From positions 1,786-65,785 of the forward strand of contig CAZHNO010000001.1 in NCBI GenBank assembly GCA_964534045.1: 64,000 bases of DNA. The letters are read 5' to 3'. The translations under genes were made by a program, and so were the position numbers. The DNA is from an uncultured archaeon. GTDB lineage: Archaea; Iainarchaeota; Iainarchaeia; Iainarchaeales; JAAZKV01. The notes below the pieces were generated by a model. It saw only the letters and a program-made list of their open reading frames with translations. It was not told the origin of the DNA and did no database searches. This document shows positions 58,037 through 64,000 of the stretch, in pieces. The number at the start of each line of letters is the position of its first letter. Positions within the stretch are counted from its first letter, which is position 1.

Positions 58037-58930
58037 ATGGCTAAAGAAAGCACTAATAAGCAAGGCAAAAAAACAGTTAATTCTAAAAAAATTAAAAATA
58101 ATAATAAAAAGAATGAAAACTTGAAGAAAACAATTATTGTTAATCCAAATATTAATAGAAAAAAAGTTACAAGAAAAGCTGGGCCTAATTTGAAGGGAGA
58201 AAAACAAATTGAAACTTTTTTAAAAAACATGAATTTTGAGTACACTAAACACAAAAAAATATTTGATTTGAAAGGAGATTCTAAAGAATATAGAAAACCT
58301 GATTTTTATTTACCCAAATATAATTTATCAATAGAATATTTTGGGAGTTGGAGTGAAAAAAAAGATTTTTTTAGTAAAAAAGAAGTTGAAAGGTTTTTGA
58401 AAAAAGTTTTTGTTTATCATTCAAATAAATTAAATTGTGTATTTATTTATCCAAAATATCTAGATATTGCTCCAACACTAATTCTAAAAGCAGTTAATAA
58501 GAACAATACAGAAAATGCTTACCAAGACATAATGTTTCCTTGGATGAATTATGATAGAATTGAAGAACCTTTACCTGAAGATTTTATTAACAAACCATTA
58601 AGATGGAAAATTGAATGGTTGGACCAAGCAAAAATAGAACCTCCATTAGCAAGTGATTTTGAAGAAGAAAGAAAACCACTTGATTGGTATTTACCTTGGC
58701 TTTATGAAGAAAAAATAGATGAGCCATTAGCAAGTGATTTTATTAAAAAGGAAAAAAGAAAAGTTGTCGTTTCTGCTGAGCCAATTGAAAATTCAGTTGA
58801 ACCAAAAATAAAAGAAACAAATCCTTTTTTTATGGATAATGTAGTTAGTTTGATTGGTTTGGCATTAATCATTGCAATAATTGTTTTAATAGTAATATTT
58901 ATTTTAATGATAATTAATTTTGGTTTCTAG
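58037..58930 (+). CDS. PD-(D/E)xK-like domain, Trp/Pro-rich repeats and C-terminal TM; paralogue of 14333
   Basis: GEKQIETFL...YRKPDFYLPKYNLSIEYFGSW; three W-x5-I-x2-PL-x2-DF repeats. Confidence 0.6.
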   Translation: MAKESTNKQGKKTVNSKKIKNNNKKNENLKKTIIVNPNINRKKVTRKAGPNLKGEKQIETFLKNMNFEYTKHKKIFDLKGDSKEYRKPDFYLPKYNLSIEYFGSWSEKKDFFSKKEVERFLKKVFVYHSNKLNCVFIYPKYLDIAPTLILKAVNKNNTENAYQDIMFPWMNYDRIEEPLPEDFINKPLRWKIEWLDQAKIEPPLASDFEEERKPLDWYLPWLYEEKIDEPLASDFIKKEKRKVVVSAEPIENSVEPKIKETNPFFMDNVVSLIGLALIIAIIVLIVIFILMIINFGF

Positions 58931-58958
58931 AACAAATTAATACTTAATCAAATTTTAA

Positions 58959-59348
58959 TTAATCAGATTTCCACAAACCATGAATATTACAATATGCTCT
59001 TGCTGAAACTTTTTTCCCAGTAACACAAAACTCTGCTATTGGTTTTTCATTTGGAGAAAAATCTTTTCTATAAACTTTTCCATCAACTTCTAATTCAACC
59101 CATTCAATATAATGTGCTTCTTCCATTGGATGCAAAACAGAACCAATACTTACTTTATAACCTGTTTCAATTTTTTCAATTATTGGTTTGTGTTTTTCTG
59201 TGCCTTCTTCTCCACTTTTTTCTTTCATTAAATCCATGTTTTTTCCACAACAAACCAACGTTCCAATACCATTATGCATTACTTCAACAATATTCCCACA
59301 AATCATACATTTGTAAATTTGTTTATTTTCAGTCATTTTAACACCCAA
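58959..59348 (-). CDS. dfx: Desulfoferrodoxin (superoxide reductase)
   Basis: YKCMICGN...LVCCG, EKHKP, HPM...[13 protein letters not shown]. Confidence 0.93.
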   Translation of the reverse strand: MGVKMTENKQIYKCMICGNIVEVMHNGIGTLVCCGKNMDLMKEKSGEEGTEKHKPIIEKIETGYKVSIGSVLHPMEEAHYIEWVELEVDGKVYRKDFSPNEKPIAEFCVTGKKVSARAYCNIHGLWKSD

Positions 59349-59476
59349 ATGAATAAGTTTTAAGTTATTAAAAAGCTAATGATTTTGCTTAAAAACTTAT
59401 AAAAATTTGCACAAACACTCAAATCAAAAAAATTCAATTAATAAGCTTTATAAATAATACCAAATTCAATATTTCT

Positions 59477-59559
59477 GCGGAGTTGGCAGAGTGGTCAAAT
59501 GCGCCTGCCTTGAGAGCAGGTTCCTTCCAGGAGCGGGGGTTCAAATCCCTCACTCCGCG
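59477..59559 (+). tRNA. tRNA-Ser (anticodon TGA)
   Basis: Acceptor GCGGAGT/ACTCCGC, discriminator G, anticodon stem CCTGC/GCAGG with loop CTTGAGA, long variable arm, T-loop TTCAAAT; no encoded CCA. Confidence 0.93.
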
Positions 59560-59562
59560 TTT

Positions 59563-60033
59563 TTATTTCCCTTTTAGCGCAATAAACCATTTTCTTTCTT
59601 TGTCAAATAATGGTTTTGCTGCCCACATTTTTAGAAATTTATTTATTGGAAGTGAATGGTTTTGCCCATAATAAGGATCCATCAAAATTACTTTTCCATT
59701 TTTTATTCCATTAAAAACAGTATAATGATTTTCTTTCATTTCTGGCGGATGGTAAGATAATAAAATAAAATATCCTTTTGCTCTAAGTGAAGATATTCTT
59801 TGTAAAGTTGAATTTTGTTCAACAACATGTTCAAACTTGTGTTTTCTTGCAAATTTTACTAAATCAATGTTGTTAGTTCCACGAATGGGGTTTGCACCTA
59901 GTTCTTAGATTAACAATTCTCGACTGGCTTTTTTTCCCATTGAGTGCATTATCATTTTCAATGCATTTGGTCCACAAGTCCAAGCTCGTCTTTGACCAAA
60001 AAATTTTTTTACTTTAGGAACTTTTGGAGGCAT
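59563..60033 (-). pseudogene. C39-like cysteine peptidase interrupted by one in-frame TAA (59905-59907)
   Basis: Q....TCGP.AL, GT, NHYTV, LMDP all in one frame either side of the stop. Confidence 0.75.
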
Positions 60034-60058
60034 AATAAATTATCATTATGAAGTTTTT

Positions 60059-60364
60059 TTATATTGCTGCCATTCCAATGAAAACAAGCACTTCATAAAC
60101 AAGGAATGCTGGCCAAACAAGTGCTTTCAAAAAACCAAGCATTGCCATCCAAATATCTGGAGCTGTGCTAATGTAATAAACAGCTGCACCAATAAAACCG
60201 AGGAAATAAAATGCTCCTCCACAACCACAACTAACATTATTTTTTATATTCCAAGAACTACATTTGTCTTCTTTACACTCTTCATCTATTTTTGCTCCAA
60301 TAGTTTTACCTATTTCACTCCACTTTGTTTTATCATTTTTTTTATTTGAAGAACTTTTTTTCAT
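60059..60364 (-). CDS. Small membrane protein
   Basis: GAFYFLGFIGAAVYYI...GFLKALVWPAFLVY. Confidence 0.65.
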   Translation of the reverse strand: MKKSSSNKKNDKTKWSEIGKTIGAKIDEECKEDKCSSWNIKNNVSCGCGGAFYFLGFIGAAVYYISTAPDIWMAMLGFLKALVWPAFLVYEVLVFIGMAAI

Positions 60365-60390
60365 CTATAACACTCCATAATCAAAAAAAC

Positions 60391-60801
60391 TTATTGAAAA
60401 GCCAAGAATATATTAAAAAAGAATAATTGTATTGTTTCAACAAAACCATGAGCTGTAACTTGAATGTTTCCTTTTTTTAATTGAGCAATTGCTTCTTTTG
60501 CAGGGTCATTTGAAGAAACCAATGCATTTTTTGCTCCCACACTTACATAAATACTATAATTTGGTTTTTCCATTACTCCTTCAATAACACTTGTTACTGC
60601 TTGGTTTTCAACTTTCACACCATATATTTGATTTGTTTCTCCATCCGTTACATTAACAATCGCATTTCCAAGAATACCAAATTCATTAAGCATTAATTTT
60701 ACATCAGAATCTGTAACTTGATTGCTATAATCAACTGCACTTACAAAAGAGAATAAACATAATAAAAGCAAAAAAATAATCAAAATGTTCTTAATTTGCA
60801 T
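60391..60801 (-). CDS. Secreted hypothetical protein
   Basis: Signal peptide ending FVSA. Confidence 0.55.
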   Translation of the reverse strand: MQIKNILIIFLLLLCLFSFVSAVDYSNQVTDSDVKLMLNEFGILGNAIVNVTDGETNQIYGVKVENQAVTSVIEGVMEKPNYSIYVSVGAKNALVSSNDPAKEAIAQLKKGNIQVTAHGFVETIQLFFFNIFLAFQ

Positions 60802-60860
60802 ATTAATTTCTACAAAGTAAGTTATTAAAAAACCATTTGGAATTTATTTATTGAAACGCA

Positions 60861-61367
60861 ATGTTTAAATACCATAATCAACATAATAGAATTATGTTAA
60901 AACAGAAAGGACAAGGCACAATTGAATATTTGGTTATTATTGCAGTCATTGTTGTAATGGCTTTGGTTGTAGTAGCATTAATATCAAGTGTAGGTTCAGA
61001 TAGTGGTGAAATTCAATTAAAAAATTCTAGGGCATATTGGTCTGCTCAAAGCCCACTTGCAATTATTGACAGCAAGGTTGAAACTGATGGCACTATAACT
61101 CTCATAATAAAAAACACATCTGCAAGTAGTTTATCATTGAGTGCTGATTCGATTACTTTTGGTGGAGAAAATCTTACAATTACACCTGTTGATTTTGCCC
61201 CTTTTGCTGAAAAAGAAGTGACAATGGATTCTAGTTTTACAGGTTCGGAAGGAGATGTATTCTCACAGTCATTAATAATAGAATATGTTGTTTCTGAGTT
61301 ATCATTAACAAAAACAATTTCTGGAACCACTAATTTTGCAACACGATATCATTATCCAACAGGATAA
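60861..61367 (+). CDS. Archaeal type IV pilin-like protein; likely start ATG 60894
   Basis: Class III signal peptide QKGQ-GTIEYLVIIAVIVV. Confidence 0.82.
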   Translation: MFKYHNQHNRIMLKQKGQGTIEYLVIIAVIVVMALVVVALISSVGSDSGEIQLKNSRAYWSAQSPLAIIDSKVETDGTITLIIKNTSASSLSLSADSITFGGENLTITPVDFAPFAEKEVTMDSSFTGSEGDVFSQSLIIEYVVSELSLTKTISGTTNFATRYHYPTG

Positions 61368-61481
61368 ATAATTTGCTTGCTTGCACAAAAGGACATAATG
61401 AAACAATTCATTGGAAATTTTAACAGGGGTTTGTAATTATAAAACTAAATTATAATTCCATTTGTATTAAACTCAGTTTAA

Positions 61482-62378
61482 CTACCCATCAATACCCGAA
61501 ATGATTAATCTTCTTATTTGTGTTCTGCATTCTTTTGATTCAATTGCAATTATTCCACTTTGTCCACCAAAAAAGTCTTTTTTATAATCAAAAAAGCCTT
61601 CTTTAAAATCATAAAAAGTTTCTATATATTCATCATTAACAAAAATAGAAATCTCATCTTTTAATTTAATTACTTTTATATTATTCCATTCTTGGTTGTT
61701 TAGATCAGTTTGAACAAACAACAAATTAAATTGCATTTCCCCATTTATTACTCGATTTAATTCAACTATGCCATCAGGGGTTATAATTAAATAAAAATGA
61801 TTGAATTGGTCCATATAATTAAAAATTATTTTTGAAGTTTGCCAGTTTTGCAATTCCAAACTATTTTCACAAGACAAAATTGCTTCTGGATAAAAATTTG
61901 ACAAACAATTTTCCTTTGTATAATTAGTCAATTTTTCACTAACTGAACATAAGTCTTCTTTCTCAACTAAAATCTTATTAATACATGCTTCAAAACGCAC
62001 ATTCTTATCAGCATAACTAGTTTTCAACTCTATTTCAAACGCATATTCAAGCGGGGCAATAAAACTATAAACTACTGGTTTGTTTGTATCTAAAATCCCA
62101 TTTCTTTGAACATAATAAAAATTTGCATCACTCATATTAGAATATTTTGAAAAGTCTTTTTCAAAAATAACTTTATCATCATTTAGCTTATAACCATCTT
62201 GAAAAAAGCTTTTTGAGGAAACAAAATCTTTGTCAATAAGTGTATATGATGTGAAAGAAAAAAGTAGGCAAATATATAATAATATCAAAAAAACAATTAA
62301 TCCGAGAAAAACTTTTCCTTCAAAAGAGTCTGCTTTAAAAAAATTGATAAATTTATTTAGCTTTTTGAGAGAAAACAT
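61482..62378 (-). CDS. Membrane-anchored extracellular beta-rich protein (lectin/ConA-like, tentative)
   Basis: Single N-terminal TM; WNNIKV...ISIFVND...G.IAI. Confidence 0.45.
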   Translation of the reverse strand: MFSLKKLNKFINFFKADSFEGKVFLGLIVFLILLYICLLFSFTSYTLIDKDFVSSKSFFQDGYKLNDDKVIFEKDFSKYSNMSDANFYYVQRNGILDTNKPVVYSFIAPLEYAFEIELKTSYADKNVRFEACINKILVEKEDLCSVSEKLTNYTKENCLSNFYPEAILSCENSLELQNWQTSKIIFNYMDQFNHFYLIITPDGIVELNRVINGEMQFNLLFVQTDLNNQEWNNIKVIKLKDEISIFVNDEYIETFYDFKEGFFDYKKDFFGGQSGIIAIESKECRTQIRRLIISGIDG

Positions 62379-62432
62379 AATTTAAATTTAATAAAGAAAG
62401 GCTTTTAATAGAACTACATAATTATTATTTTA

Positions 62433-64000
62433 ATGAAACTAAACACCTTACCAAACGCAAAAGATATTGAACATTTTATCCAAAAATATTGGAAATATGT
62501 ACTGATAATCCTAATATTAGTTTCACTTTTTTTACCATTAATTGAAAATATTAAATACCCCCTTTTAACTAGTTATGACACCTGGCATTTTTTATCTTTT
62601 GGAACCCAAATAATTGAAAACAATGGAATTCCCATTTGGCAAAATTTAGATCATTTCCCTAGTGGGCGACCTTTTCTTTATCCTCCAATAGTCCCACTTT
62701 TGTTGGCCGTTTTTTCAATAATCAGCTCAATTGATTTATATTTAATAATAAAAATTAGCACAATAATAATGTACCCATTATACATTTTAGGCGCAATCTT
62801 TTTAGCAACAAAAATTACTGATTCTGACAAGAAAAGAGAAATTACTCTTTTATCAGCAGTAATATTACTAGGTTTTGTTCAAGCATATGTAAATTCAATA
62901 AATTCGCTTTCTCAAATTTTAGAAATACTTTTTATTTATTTATTAATTTATTTTATTTACAAGAAGAAATTCTATACAACCCCAATTATTTTAGGGACTA
63001 TGTTTTTTACACATTTTTTTACTCCATTTTTATCTTTTTTGGGAATTATTGGTTGCGGGATTTTTTCAGAAAATAAATCCGTTAGAAAAAAGCTTTTACT
63101 AGGAGCAATTATTGGTTTAGCAATTGGATGTATTTGGTTAATTAGATATTACTTATTTTCCGGATTTGTTCATATGAACAATCATATGCCAGAACACTTT
63201 ATTCTAAACGAGTTTTTTGTTTGGCGTTTTGTTATTGAAGGCCCAACTTTTTTAATCGTTTTAATAACATTCCTGGTTTTATATTTTACTTCAAATAAAA
63301 AAATAAAGAGCGAAATTATTGACAATAAATTAAATCAATTATTAATAATATTTTCAATTGCTTTTATTCCTGCGTTTATTTATCCTGAAAGAGCAGTAAC
63401 TTATGTTGCACCTTTTATCTCAATACTTTGTGCCCAATTAATTTTGAAAGCAAAGATTTCGCAACTAAAAATTGTAAGCTTGTTTTTGACTATCCCCTTA
63501 TTCATTGTGATAATATACTATATACTTGGGCCAAAAGTTTTTACCTACGAATATTCACTGCTATCTTACATAACAATATTTTTGTTTATTTCTGTTTTGT
63601 TAATAATGTTTTCAACTAGAATCAAATTAACCAAAAGTGTTTTTTTAGTAGTGTTTGTTTTGTTGTTATTTACTTATACTGACACAAACACAGTTGTCCC
63701 ATTTTTTTCATGGTACTCACCATCAATAATTAACGAAAAAGCCAACCCATATGGAATGGATGCTGCTGATTGGATTGTAGAACATTGCCCTGATGCAATA
63801 GTTGCAACCAATAACTATAAATTAGATGGTTATTTGGTTTATAAAAAAATCAAAACTACTGGTTATGTTGTTATAGAATTTAGCAAGCGGGGAGCTGTAA
63901 CGGAAACTGCAGGGGCAACACATTTTATTAGTGTTGGTTTTTTTGATACAAAAACCATTGCTTATAATGATTTTTTTGGAAGTGAAAAGTATAAAATAAT
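62433..64000 (+). CDS. GT-C fold membrane glycosyltransferase (STT3/ArnT-like), 3'-truncated by window edge; absent from ORF track
   Basis: Frame open from ATG 62433 to the end; YDTWHF...W..LDHFPSGRPFLYPP, many TM helices, PERAV.Y, AADWI. Confidence 0.72.
   Translation, partial: MKLNTLPNAKDIEHFIQKYWKYVLIILILVSLFLPLIENIKYPLLTSYDTWHFLSFGTQIIENNGIPIWQNLDHFPSGRPFLYPPIVPLLLAVFSIISSIDLYLIIKISTIIMYPLYILGAIFLATKITDSDKKREITLLSAVILLGFVQAYVNSINSLSQILEILFIYLLIYFIYKKKFYTTPIILGTMFFTHFFTPFLSFLGIIGCGIFSENKSVRKKLLLGAIIGLAIGCIWLIRYYLFSGFVHMNNHMPEHFILNEFFVWRFVIEGPTFLIVLITFLVLYFTSNKKIKSEIIDNKLNQLLIIFSIAFIPAFIYPERAVTYVAPFISILCAQLILKAKISQLKIVSLFLTIPLFIVIIYYILGPKVFTYEYSLLSYITIFLFISVLLIMFSTRIKLTKSVFLVVFVLLLFTYTDTNTVVPFFSWYSPSIINEKANPYGMDAADWIVEHCPDAIVATNNYKLDGYLVYKKIKTTGYVVIEFSKRGAVTETAGATHFISVGFFDTKTIAYNDFFGSEKYKI

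Noticed and set aside
59483-59671. 62-aa ORF MAEWSNAPALRAG...
   Set aside because: Translation of the tRNA-Ser gene.

Overview
Low-GC archaeal chromosome segment. The rpl21e-rpoF-DUF655-ksgA cluster, archaeal-type TyrRS, Dph6 domain, class III signal-peptide pilin and AMP phosphorylase/R15P isomerase point to a DPANN lineage, plausibly Iainarchaeota/Diapherotrites-like (inference). 1-18 kb is mostly housekeeping. The highlight is 18.2-27.5 kb: a compact cluster resembling the core of blasticidin S/mildiomycin-type peptidyl-nucleoside pathways (BlsD/MilC-like glycosyltransferase, BlsM/MilB-like nucleotide hydrolase, BlsE-like radical SAM, DegT/BlsH-like aminotransferase, NAD epimerase). It also encodes three truncated or degenerate class I aminoacyl-tRNA synthetase paralogues: LysRS-like, TrpRS-like, and a TyrRS-like domain fused to a winged HTH that looks like the cluster regulator. 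28-45.3 kb is a variable defence/surface island: GNAT plus micro-ORF, RecB-family nuclease, type II R-M with Zn-ribbon microproteins, a HEPN fusion, NYN and RelBE. It includes a cassette-like array punctuated by decayed copies of the promoter/5' end of a flanking FAD oxidoreductase gene, and there are G/T-skewed synonymous codon patches in the two bounding genes. 45-64 kb holds a giant Cys-rich surface protein, a MacB-type ABC system, an AsnB-Dph6 fusion, desulfoferrodoxin, tRNA-Ser(TGA), a C39 peptidase with an internal stop, a pilin and a GT-C glycosyltransferase running off the window. All family calls come from motif recognition by eye; no database searches were run.
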